A stretch of DNA of 64,000 bases, from positions 30,628,001 to 30,692,000 of the forward strand of contig OX597818.1 in the NCBI GenBank assembly GCA_951406725.2. The letters are read 5' to 3'. Under the pieces are notes generated by a model. The model was given only the letters and a program-made list of their open reading frames with translations, had not been told where the DNA came from and did no database searches. Below, one piece after another: positions 14,301 to 24,058 of this stretch. Position numbers and translations under genes: made by a program. Every line of letters begins with the position of its first letter. Within the stretch, counting starts at the first letter, position 1. The DNA is from Octopus vulgaris (Eukaryota).

Positions 14301-16337
14301 AGACTAAAGGATTTCAGAGTGAGGTATGTTTCAGAATGTTTAATGCCTCTATAGATCACCGCGTGTAGAGAATAGTATTGTTTATTGACTGGGTCTTTAA
14401 TGATAGTTAATATTTGCAGAAATACAACAATGTAGGGCTGAGGGTCTTGTTTATTGGGTGGGCCTTTAAGAGCTGAGAATATTTTGTGTGTAATATATAG
14501 TGTAAAATATGACAACCAGAGGATTGAAACTCTTTATTACAGAGTCATTTGTCATGTGTCCATGCAGTTCACTGATATGAATTGGTTTAACCCTTTAGCA
14601 TTTAAACTGGCCATATCCGGCCAAAAGTATTCTACCTGTTTTATGTTCAAACTGGCCAGATCAGGTCTCTCACACCAACCCTACAATATCATTTTAAAAA
14701 TTAACAGCTACCTTATCAAATTCTCATAATTACAAGATAATGCATGATTAGTTCAAAACAAAGTGGATGAAAAAGCATTAATTTTAGTAGAATAATGCAA
14801 ACACTAAAGGGTTAAGAGGGATTAGTATGGATATTTTATTTTTTTTTGATAATGTACAAAGAGGGTGGGGACTCTGTAATTGATTGCATTAACTCCAGTG
14901 TATTGCAGTAGTATGTGTTACATCCAGTATATTGTGGATGCTTCAGAGATGGAAGGCAAAATTGATATGTTATGAATTGTTATAAATAAAAGATATTTTG
15001 TGTGTATGAGAAATTTCATTAAGTAGATTTAAAATATGTTATACATTGTGCATAACAACAATGTGGGATTTAGCAGGTACTTTTCTGTTTTGTAAAGGCT
15101 TTTTTTTCCACCAATTTTTCAGATTGTTAGATTCCAATGGTTTAGTTTTTATTTTTTCCTTCAAAGTAGAATTAGCTTTTAAATAGAAAATATTTTAGGT
15201 TTGTCATCATCATCATTGTTTACCATCCGCCTCCATGCTGGCATGAGTTGATGAAATGTTTTTTGCGTAATGGTTTGGTACAGAGGAGAGGAATGTGTTC
15301 ATCGCCTTGCAGGCCTTCCCGAGATAGAATATTTTTATTTTTATACACTTACATATCTGGTAAAATTGATGTAAAAATAGAATTTTTAAAACTATTTTTT
15401 ATTGAATGGAAAGAAATAGTTTCATGAATGTAGTTGAAAATTTTTAGTTTGAGCCAGAAGCTTGCCTACAAAATTTATTTATAGACATTTGAAAAAAAAT
15501 TAGCTGGTGATTACTGAGAATTCATTAACTATTAAATACTGTATTCTATTGATGTTTTGCTTATAGATTACAATATTTTGCACGTGGAGTGCAAGTGTAT
15601 ATTAAACAACTGAGGACTGCACTACATGGGAAAACAGGAGATGCACTAAAAACTGATGAGGTTAGTATTATAGTTCTATATTTAATAGATGAGGAATTAT
15701 GTACATTATTTGCATTATTTACATTTAACGGATATTTGTCCTCATCTTGTTTGTTGTTAACACAACATTTCGGCTGATATACCCTCCAGCCTTCATCAGG
15801 TGTCTAGGGGAAATTTATTATTCAGGTCATTGCTTGGAATTGAACTTGGAATCTTGGGGTTAGTAGCCCATGCTCTTAACCACTATGCCATATGCCCTGA
15901 TGAAGGCTGGAGGGTATATCAACCGAAACGTTGTGTTAACAACAAACAAGATGAGGATAAATACCCGTCAAATGTAAATAATGTAGAGGTTAGTATTGTT
16001 TTGATATTGTATGTTAGATTAGTCATTCTTCTGTTTTAAAGCTGTATCAGAAAATAATCATATTTACAGACAAATGAATTTCCTTGAGAATGTTTCTTCA
16101 CTTTTTGCTATAAATCATTTTGATTGTTACAATTTCTTGTTTTTCAGAACAAAATCAAGGTCATTGCTCTAAAAATAACTTCTAATATCAATATTTTAAT
16201 AAAAGACTTGCTTCATACTCCTCCAGTATACAAATCAGTGGTCAACTTATCTTGGAAACCTATTCATGTGAGTATGAGTGTGTGTGTATGTGTGAGTGTA
16301 TTTACATGCACACACACAAACAAACACATATATATAC

Positions 16338-16385
<48 letters not shown>

Positions 16386-19300
16386 ATAAGCAACAAGAAA
16401 AACTCTGGTAATTTGGTATGTTCTTAAAATTTAAATCCACATCTTTGTCTACCTTCTCTATAATGTTGCCACTTGATTTGAAAATTTTTGTATTAATGGA
16501 AAACCTCTATAATTGGCTGATGAGTACTCAGCATCTTAAATCTGTTGTAATACTTACAACATTTAATAAAATGATGTAGTACGAAACAATCGTACCAAAT
16601 TACTGTAGTTATTCTTGTTGCTTATTTTGATTATAATCACCCCACGGATTTTTATGGTTAACACCATACAAAATTCTGGTGCATCTAAATTAAGTACCAT
16701 ATTCATTTGAATCTAAATTTTTGCTGAACTTATATATATATATATATATAGATATATTGTTTTGTATTTTAAAAATATAATCTTGTCTAGTAGCTTATGT
16801 GTGTGAATATCATTATATCATTGGTAGAGAAGATCTGTGTGTAATCTCTAGTTAAAAAAAACACTTGGGAAATGAAACCTACAAATGTTTGTCATCATCA
16901 TCATCATCGTTTAATGTCCATTTTCCATGCTGGCATGGGAAGCCAGGAGGCTGCACCAGGCTCCAGTCTGATTTGGTAGTGTTTCTACAGCTTGATGCCC
17001 TTCCTAACACCAACCGCTCCTAGAGTATAGTGGGTGCTTTTTACATGCCACCGGTACAGGGGCCAGAGGGTGCTGGCAACGACCACGATCGGTTGGTGCT
17101 TTTAAACATATCCATATTTAAGAGATACATTAAAAAAAAGGGGGTTTTATGAAAAAATATATCAAAGCCTCAATACAAATTGAAGTATCATCATCATTAT
17201 TGTCGTTTTAATGTCTACTCTTCCTTGCTTGCATGGGTTGGTTGGAATTTGTTGAGGCAAATTTTCTGTTTGGATACTCTTCCTGTTGCCAACCCTGTTT
17301 CTAAGTAAGAAAATATTTCCCCCAAGACCAGATATGTTTTCATGGAAGGTTGGAAATGAAGGGCAATGCTTGCATGGCAGTGACACAACTATCACATGAT
17401 GTCAAGACTGCAAGTCACACACACATGCATATGCACACTATTTTTTTTGTGGAATAAAGCTGACAGGCTGATAAATAAGTTCCATGAGGGTTAACACTAA
17501 TGTATTGCTTGTGACCGAGATGCTGTTTGTTTGTTTAACTGTTAGAATTTGCAATTGAAGTAATCATGTTTTTCTAGTCTGATTTGTTGACCTTTTTAAC
17601 TTTTGTATTTTCAGATTCCCAGTAAAAGCCCTCCTGCAAACATAGGGTATGTACTATTTATCTTTTCTGTTATCATTCACTTGTTTCATTCTTCAGACTA
17701 TGGCTATGCTGAGGGCACTGCCAAGTGGCTGTGTGGTAAGTAGCTTGCTTACCAACCACATGATTCCAGGTTCAATCCCACTGTGTGGCACCTTGGGCAA
17801 GTGTCTTCTAGTATAGCCTCAGGCTGATCAAAACCTTGTGAGTGGATTTGGTAGACGGAAACTGAAAGAAGCCTGACACACACACATATATATTTGTGTG
17901 TGTGTGTGTGTGTGTTTATGCATTTGTGTTTGTCCCCCCAACATTGTTTGACAACCAGTACTGGTGTGTTTACGTCCCTGTAACTTAGCGGTTTGGCAAA
18001 AGTGACTGATAGAATAAGTACTAGGCTTACAAAGAATAAGTCCTGGGTTCGAGTTGTGTGATTAAAGGTGGTGCTCCAGCATGGCCGCAGTCAAATGACT
18101 GAAAAAAAAAGAAAATGAAATAACCACACCCCCACCCACGTACTTGTTTTTTTCTTTCTAACTCTGGTACTTATTCTGTTGGTCTGTTTTGCCAAACTGT
18201 TACGTTACAGAGACAAAGAAATCAACATAAATTTGAGGGAATGATGGGGGACAAACACAAAGATGTGTGCACAGAGAGCGGAGTCTTCTGCACAGTCTCT
18301 ATCTACTAAATTCACTCCGAAAGCATTGGTTGGTTTTGGGGCTATACTAAAAAAAAAAAAATTGCTCAGGGTACTGTGCAATGGGACTGAACTCACAGTC
18401 ACATGGTTGCAAAGCAAGCTTCTTAACCGCATGGCCATTCCTGTGCCTATTACATATAAAGTGTTTAGAGATATTTTGTCTTTCATAATTGAGTTGAAAA
18501 TGACCAAGTTTCTTCATAATTGTTTTTCCCCACACAGCACTGTTGAAATCTGTTTTGTCTAGATGTTTCTTAAAATTCCTGAAGTTTATTTGTGTGTGAT
18601 TTGGTATTAGTTTATTTAACAATTAAGAGAATCATTAGGGTTGTACAGAATATATTTCAGTTTTTTGTAATTACCCTTTTGAGTTCAATTCCTGTTGAAA
18701 TCATCATTGCCTCTCATCTTTCGGTGGGGTTGTAATAAATAAAGTTCCAGTTAATAACTGTGAACTCAATTGACTATATGAACCACCTCTCACCACAAAA
18801 GTAGGTGGGGATTTTGTGTCAATGTTAGAAATCAACATATTTAGCTGATATTGATTTTCTAAACTTATAAAAAATATATTGTAACATCTATAGTTAATGT
18901 TTTTATTTAAACTATTTTAGTATAAAGCGCACCAGCAATGAAGGCTTTGATTACAACACGAATCGTAAATCACCCAAACAAGACAGAGCCTTATATGCTC
19001 CGCCTGGTGGTAAATACAGCCAAAAAGCAGGGACATTTCCTCAAGGTAATTTAACATTTCTGTCTTTTTTCATTCAAGGTATTTTAGATCATTGAATATA
19101 TAGCTTTACATTTATCAATTTGTGTTGCAAGATTCCTGATATGAAATCGTGTGTTGAAACAGGTATTGTTGTATTTCGGGATGGTAATTTTTCTTTTTTT
19201 TGGAGGGCTAAATAAACATACGCACTATATATTTGTTCTTCACTTGTTTATTATTGTTCTTATTTTATCTTATGTCCATTGTCCGGAAATTTTTCATCAC

Positions 19301-21493
19301 ACATCTGTGACCTCTTCAGCGACACTTTTTGTTTGTGTGTGTGCTCTTGCTCCATTTACTCCATTCTGCTCTTCTATGATGTGTATCCTTATGTGCGCAT
19401 CTGTGTTTTTGTGTGTGTGTCATTGTTCTTAGCAGCAGTGTGGCCTTCCCCTAAGCCCCATCCTCTCACCCCATTGTGTTGTTGCTGTCTTAGGACCCGA
19501 AAATTTGGTACAGTTCCTGTATCTCTTTGTGTTTGTGTGTTCACCCACACTGTTGCCATTGTGGTAGTTGTTTTATTGCCATCACTCTCACTGATGCTGC
19601 TGCTCTCATTGGTCATGTTGTTGATATTGTTGCAGCCGTCTGTGAAGTTGTTGTCTGTGTGTATGGGTTTGCCTTGTATGTTGTTTGTATCTATGCCCTT
19701 TATATAGATTTATTTTGTTTATTTTTCTTATGTGTATCACAGGTATATGCATATATGTCTATTGTGTGTGTATTACCCTGCTTGTATCTGTGTTTTATTT
19801 ACAATCATTTTTCCCCCTCTCTCTTCTCCCTTCTGTCTTTAGTCATGTGGTGTGGTGTTGGGTGTTACTGTTCCATTCGTGTAACAGATACAAACAGTGT
19901 AGTACACAGACATATATGCACATACCTGTAATACATATAAGAAATAGAGATATATATATGTATAAAAATAATAATAATAAAAATAAATAAATATAATTGT
20001 CACATATCTGTGATAAATATAAGAAATAGATATAGATAATATATAAATAAATCTATATAAAGAGCATGGAGGCAAACAACATACGAAGCGAAGTCATACA
20101 CACACAATAACTTCATGGAGGGCTACAACAATATCAACAACACAACCAACAATGATGGCAATAACAACTGCCATGATGGCAACACCATGGGTGAACACAC
20201 AAACACAGAGAAATACAGGAACTATACCAAATTTTGGGTCCTAAGACAGCAACAGCACAATGGAGTGAGAGGATGGGGCTTAGCTGCTGGAGGAATTCTC
20301 TGTCTTTGTAATAACTATATTGCTGCTATAAATTGTGCCTCTTGTTGATTTATTTAGTCTTTGTTTTTAAGCATATTATTGTTACCATGTAGCAGAGATA
20401 TAGGTGAGCCTGACTTAGACGAAATGTAAATAGCTTTTGCAGAGAAAATACCATTTCAGTATTAAGAAAAATGGCAAAAGAGAGAGAACTGTAAGCTAGT
20501 GGTTGTTTGTTGGTGAATTAATTTTTTGTCAGTCAGCCAATTAACTGTTATTTGGATGTGATTATTAGCATGTCTGCATGTGTGAAGCAGCATTTTCAGA
20601 TATGTGATTAGTATTCCAGTATGAACCTCAATTTAGTTTTGTTAAGGATCAGAAACTAATTAGGGGTTGAAATATTCCCTGATCCTAGAGGTTTCCCAGT
20701 TTCTGTGATGCATTGGCAATGTTATATATGTGGGTTTACCATGAGAGATCAATAGACATTATTAGTTGTAGCAATTGTAGTAACTTTGAGGGTTACATCC
20801 TACCCTGATGTAATCTCCAGCGATACAGGCATCCAGCAACAGGACCTCCGTAATGCTATGATGGACCGTGAAGTCTGGCGTAGCATAGTAAATTCCATTG
20901 TCTCGACCACGGTCGAACAATGACGATTGAGGGTTTTAGTTGTGTTCATGATTGTAGAAGGTGCGGTACCAGTTTGTTTCATAAAGAGAAGAATTTCTCC
21001 ATAGCAATTGTTTAACTGATCAGATGTGTCACTGTTTATTATTAATGGAGTGCTGCTAAAAAAGGAATCACTTTAAATCCTCCAAGAGTGTTGATTTTAT
21101 TTTGGCTGAATGACATCCATAATGATTGAAAGCACAATACTTTGGCTATCACATTACCAATACTATAGTCTCTCTCTGTAGTCAAAGTTTATTTTAGAAC
21201 AAATATATTTATATTCAGACATAATTAAATTTATTTACTTAATTTATCGTTTAAATTAAAAAAAATGTTTTGCCTTCTTTTACTATTTCTCACCTATGTT
21301 TTTGCTTCTTGCAGTAAACCGTGGTGGCTGGCAGCAACAGAGAGGTGGTTTTGGAGGTTTTAACCGCGGCAATCGAGGTCGAGGCGGTATTGGCGGCAGT
21401 GGTGGTGGCGGAGGCATTGGGGGAGGTGCAGGTAACATTGGGGGTGGGATACACAGAGGCAATGGCAGTGTATTTAGGGGCCGGAGATTCTGA
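3416..21493 (+). CDS. API5: Apoptosis inhibitor 5 (API5/AAC-11), spliced gene, 5'-partial (first coding exon apparently upstream of window)
   Basis: 12 exons joined at AG/GT sites with consistent phases give 1623 nt = 540 aa + stop. The motifs KRLASQFIARFFKHFP, GRQQLV, EYMPLPP, KLQFSYVECL, RLQYFARGVQVYIKQLR, NKIKVIALKIT, LSWKP and YAPPGGKYS match human API5 as recalled, and are collinear. Confidence 0.96.
4933..5101 (+). CDS. API5: API5 exon (IRKQAIKDLP...FSINAS)
   Basis: ttcttag acceptor, G|GTTAG donor, 169 nt, phase 0-1. Confidence 0.93.
5195..5623 (+). mobile_element. tRNA-derived SINE (family A head joined to family B tail)
   Basis: gtgtggctaagaag...gggttcagtccca...caagtgtcttctact head, (TG)n, then ggcacgtaaaaagcacc body and gatgatgat tail. 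Confidence 0.75.
6340..6570 (-). mobile_element. SINE family C, nested in an older copy
   Basis: Reverse complement of 31277-31509 (ggcagaaacgttagcacgccgg...ctttcatcctttcggggtcga). Confidence 0.8.
6975..7126 (+). CDS. API5: API5 exon (GTLKGLFSMIL...VGECRK)
   Basis: tttttcag acceptor, AAG|GTATAT donor, 152 nt, phase 1-0. Confidence 0.94.
7597..8022 (+). mobile_element. SINE family B copy
   Basis: Tandem ggcacgtaaaaagcaccatt(c/t)gagcgtg units and gatgatgat tail. Confidence 0.78.
8222..8440 (+). mobile_element. SINE family C copy
   Basis: Similar to 31277-31509; flanked by repeated attatattatatttaatgtgaa. Confidence 0.72.
8601..8741 (+). CDS. API5: API5 exon (VLMDVT...GRQQLV...DQKFN)
   Basis: tgacag acceptor, GTTGGT donor, 141 nt, phase 0-0. 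Confidence 0.9.
10029..10094 (+). CDS. API5: API5 exon (PEDPDSADRLMQCVKQSLPLFS)
   Basis: ttctatag acceptor, GTGAGT donor, 66 nt; matches human PSDPDCVDRLLQC. Confidence 0.93.
10797..10880 (+). mobile_element. RTE-like LINE reverse transcriptase fragment
   Basis: GVHQG...SVLSPLLFIIVLQ motif (RT domain), degenerate. Confidence 0.55.
11323..11517 (+). CDS. API5: API5 exon (KNVHSKVFVSY...YEKLI)
   Basis: ttttgtag acceptor, GTAAGT donor, 195 nt. Confidence 0.94.
11730..12108 (+). mobile_element. tRNA-derived SINE family A, near full length
   Basis: A/B box-like tagctgtgtggtaag / ggttcagtccc, ttgggcaagtgtcttctact core; copies at 17723, 33377, 43160(-), 50375, 52690(-). Confidence 0.85.
14136..14323 (+). 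CDS. API5: API5 exon (EYMPLPP...KLQFSYVECL...KDFRVR)
   Basis: ttgtag acceptor, AG|GTATGT donor, 188 nt, phase 0-2. Confidence 0.95.
14591..14811. mobile_element. piggyBac-type MITE
   Basis: TTAA|CCCTTTAG ... CTAAAGGG|TTAA termini. Confidence 0.8.
15567..15660 (+). CDS. API5: API5 exon (LQYFARGVQVYIKQLR...KTDE)
   Basis: ttatag acceptor, GAG|GTTAGT donor, 94 nt, phase 2-0. Confidence 0.95.
15670..15985 (-). mobile_element. tRNA-headed, hammerhead-containing element with inverted partial repeat (Penelope-like non-autonomous)
   Basis: 12-bp flanking direct repeat GAGGTTAGTATT; 90-bp inverted arms 15711-15800/15896-15985; A box at 15890-15880, B box at 15846-15836. Confidence 0.75.
15760..15803 (-). 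ncRNA. Minimal type-I hammerhead ribozyme motif
   Basis: acac-CUGAUGA-a-ggcug(gaggguauau)cagcc-GAAAU-GUU-gugu; the inverted copy at 15897-15936(+) has GAAACGUU. Confidence 0.65.
16148..16267 (+). CDS. API5: API5 exon (NKIKVIALKIT...LSWKPIH)
   Basis: ttttcag acceptor, GTGAGT donor, 120 nt. Confidence 0.95.
16382..16630. mobile_element. Self-inverted element between (TA)n tracts carrying the hammerhead
   Basis: Inverted arms 16382-16420 / 16591-16630. Confidence 0.6.
16511..16601 (+). ncRNA. Type-I hammerhead ribozyme motif with extended stem II
   Basis: aauugg-CUGAUGA-guacu...aguac-GAAAC-aauc-GUA-ccaaauu; complete core. Confidence 0.7.
17615..17646 (+). CDS. API5: API5 32-nt microexon (IPSKSPPANIG)
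   Basis: Strong polypyrimidine tract plus cag acceptor, GG|GTATGT donor. Its phase 0-2 is exactly what is needed to join the flanking exons in frame. Confidence 0.82.
17723..18105 (+). mobile_element. SINE family A nested in an opposite-orientation family A copy (about 17660-18445)
   Basis: Full head-core-tail on +; minus-strand tail at 17660-17720 and body at 18150-18445. Confidence 0.75.
18921..19045 (+). CDS. API5: API5 exon (IKRTSNE...DRALYAPPGGKYSQKAGTFPQ)
   Basis: ttttag acceptor, AAG|GTAATT donor, phase 2-1; matches human RQIYNPPSGKYS. Confidence 0.92.
19281..19325 (-). ncRNA. Degenerate minimal hammerhead motif
   Basis: gucg-CUGAAGA-g-gucaca(gaug)ugugau-GAAAAAUUUC-cggac. Confidence 0.45.
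19451..20283. repeat. Long imperfect inverted repeat (arms about 270 bp)
   Basis: ctaagccccatcctctcacccc...tatatagatttattt vs aaataaatctatataa...gagtgagaggatggggcttag. Confidence 0.85.
20797..20926 (+). mobile_element. 5'-truncated RTE LINE 3' end
   Basis: SYPDVISSDTGIQQQDLRNAMMDREVWRSIVNSI...; ttgagggtt repeated on both sides. Confidence 0.7.
21315..21493 (+). CDS. API5: API5 last coding exon, Gly/RGG-rich tail, TGA stop
   Basis: cttgcag acceptor, phase 1; VNRGGWQQQRGGFGGFNRGNRGRGG...FRGRRF*. Confidence 0.9.
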
Positions 21494-21662
21494 AGTGGCT
21501 CAAGAGCAGAAAATGTGGTTCAATTCTGAAAGAGCAACAGTGTTTTGGTGAAGCGAGATGAATGTAAGAGCACAAAGTATCTTGAAAGTGGAGTATGAGA
21601 ATAGTTGCTGCTGTGATTATCTACCATGGCCACATTCTTTTTTGGCAACCAAGTGCTTTGTA

Positions 21663-21668
21663 AATAAA
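21663..21668 (+). promoter_or_regulatory. Candidate proximal polyadenylation signal of API5
   Basis: AATAAA 170 nt after the stop; usage unproven. Confidence 0.35.
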
Positions 21669-21964
21669 ATACATGAACATTAACTCATGATGCTTTAAAA
21701 TTATTTTACTTGACACGGCATCAAAGGCAGACCTGAAGACAAGATTTGAGAAACAAAGCTGTTTCATTTTATTTATCATTTAAAACAGCTTCACTTAGTC
21801 ATTTTCATTTTAATATTTTGTTTCATTTTTCTATCTCTCTCTGTGTTCATCTGTGTAAGATGTATATGTATGTGTGTATGTATGTATGTATATATATATA
21901 TATATATTTATATATGCACACACACACATATACACATATTTATGTCTATGTATGTATGTATGTA

Positions 21965-22012
<48 letters not shown>

Positions 22013-24012
22013 TGCTCACATGTACTTACATGTGCATTCATATATGTGGTTAAGGTGTAGGGTTTTGGGCTCAGAAATTGAGTTAAGATGCAAAAACAAT
22101 ACAATCTCCTGTTTTACTATAAGTTAATGTCAGATTTGAACTCCTTACCTTGCAATGAGTAGGCATTTTACAACCACTGTACTTCCAATATATAGTTATA
22201 TATGTGAATATGAATCTATTCATACGTGTTTGGATGTGCGTATGGGCATGTTTATATATTTGTTGTGAACTCCATAGGAAGTGGCAATGTCATACAGGAT
22301 ATTTTGTAGTGTCCGGTTAACTACTTCATGTTTTTGTGTTCAGTCTTAGAGCGAACTTTGAATTTCAGGCATCTAGGGTTTATCAAATTTACACCAGGAA
22401 GATTTTTACTCCAGCCATATTGTAACTAATTAAGAGATTAACTGAGACTAACTGAAAGTTGTTGCAGTGGAATGGTCTAAATATTAGTATCCTGTTAAAT
22501 GCTTTACAATTTTAATTATGTTCCTACACATTCTTAATCCAAATCCTGCCAAGGTCAACTTTGGAATTTATCTTTCTGAAATTGATGAAATGACTATAGT
22601 GAAGTACTAGAGTTGATTCAATAATCTTTTCTCTCTCAAATCTTGGTGGCTTTGTAGCAATGTTAGAATACATTTTTATTGTTGTAGGGTGGTGTTGATG
22701 AATGTTTTATATAAAAAGTTTGGAGGTTCACTGTTCTAAATTTATATTGTGCCATTGTTATTGAATATGTTTTTTTCATACTGCCAAAATTCTAAATTTA
22801 TTAATATTTTTAGACAAACATTTTTTTTAGAGTTACTATTTCTAAGTCATTATAGAAATCATGTCTATAGGTGATGATAAGATAACATCATAAATCTATG
22901 AGGTTTAAACATTTGGTTTATTGTGGGTCTTTAAGCAAAATATATTCAAGATTTGATAGGTATGTAATGTAAACGAATCTTTATTCATGATGAAACATAG
23001 TCATCCAGTTATCTTGATATGTGAATATTTTTGTGTTTACCAGCTTTATGCCATTTATGTATAAAGAGTTTATTGTAATTGCAACTTTCTTGAAGTATTT
23101 TCAGAATTAGAATTTCAACCAGTGGCAGTCATAGAATTTTTAAAGTTTGTTTTTCTTCATTAAAACTAAATAAAGACTAAAACTACTTGAACTAAATAGA
23201 GACAAATCATTGAAGTAGTATTTCTATTAAAAAGGGATTTAATTTTCTTTCCTTTTAGTGTATGCCTTTATTAAATTGGAAGAAAAAAATTGCATAGTTT
23301 TGATGTTTAGAAAGAATTATTTCTTTCAGGTTTATATCATCTGTGATGTGTCATTTTGGTAAGTGGATCAGCTTTAGTAAGATTTATTGAAGTTGGAATA
23401 AATTTGTCTAAGCTAATTTAAGTTTGTGCTTTAAGGTTAGAAAGATTTCAGAGTATGGGAATCCTTTGAAAATAGAGTTGCAGAACTTATCTAGGAAATA
23501 TTACATTTGGATATTTTCTATTTGTTTAGAATGTAAATATTTCAAATCTTGAGGTTTGAGACATATGATCATCATGAGAAAATCTGTTTTACATGAATGG
23601 CTAGTAGCACTAATTTCCTTGTAAACATTGGATAAATACAAAGAATATTATATAAACTGTAAATTTCTTGTTGATGTGTCATGATTGTTGAGGTATGAGT
23701 GGGAATCTTGATTAGGAAGTACCATTTGTAATGTAGCCCACATGATGTGCTAAACCTTTGTTGCTATTTCCCCACATATTTATAACGAGTATGTTCATAT
23801 GATATAGCTATTCATTTTTCAGATAGATAGAGTGACTACTATTTTCCATTAAACTGCCACATTTTATTTTACTATGCTTTTGTACAAAAACATGTTATTG
23901 AGCAAAATGTTTGTATTAATGTCACTGCACATATGTACCTCAGTCTTGTATACAGGATATTTACAATAGTATTTTGTCTTCTTTTTTATTTTGAGTGTCA
24001 TTTTCAACTGCC

Positions 24013-24058
<46 letters not shown>

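Noticed and set aside
15820-15897. Functional tRNA gene
   Set aside because: A/B boxes are present but the acceptor and anticodon stems do not close; it is a tRNA-derived head of a repeat.
19151-20348. Cluster of hydrophobic or Asn-rich ORFs on both strands
   Set aside because: Low-complexity arms of an inverted repeat; the same peptide appears on opposite strands.
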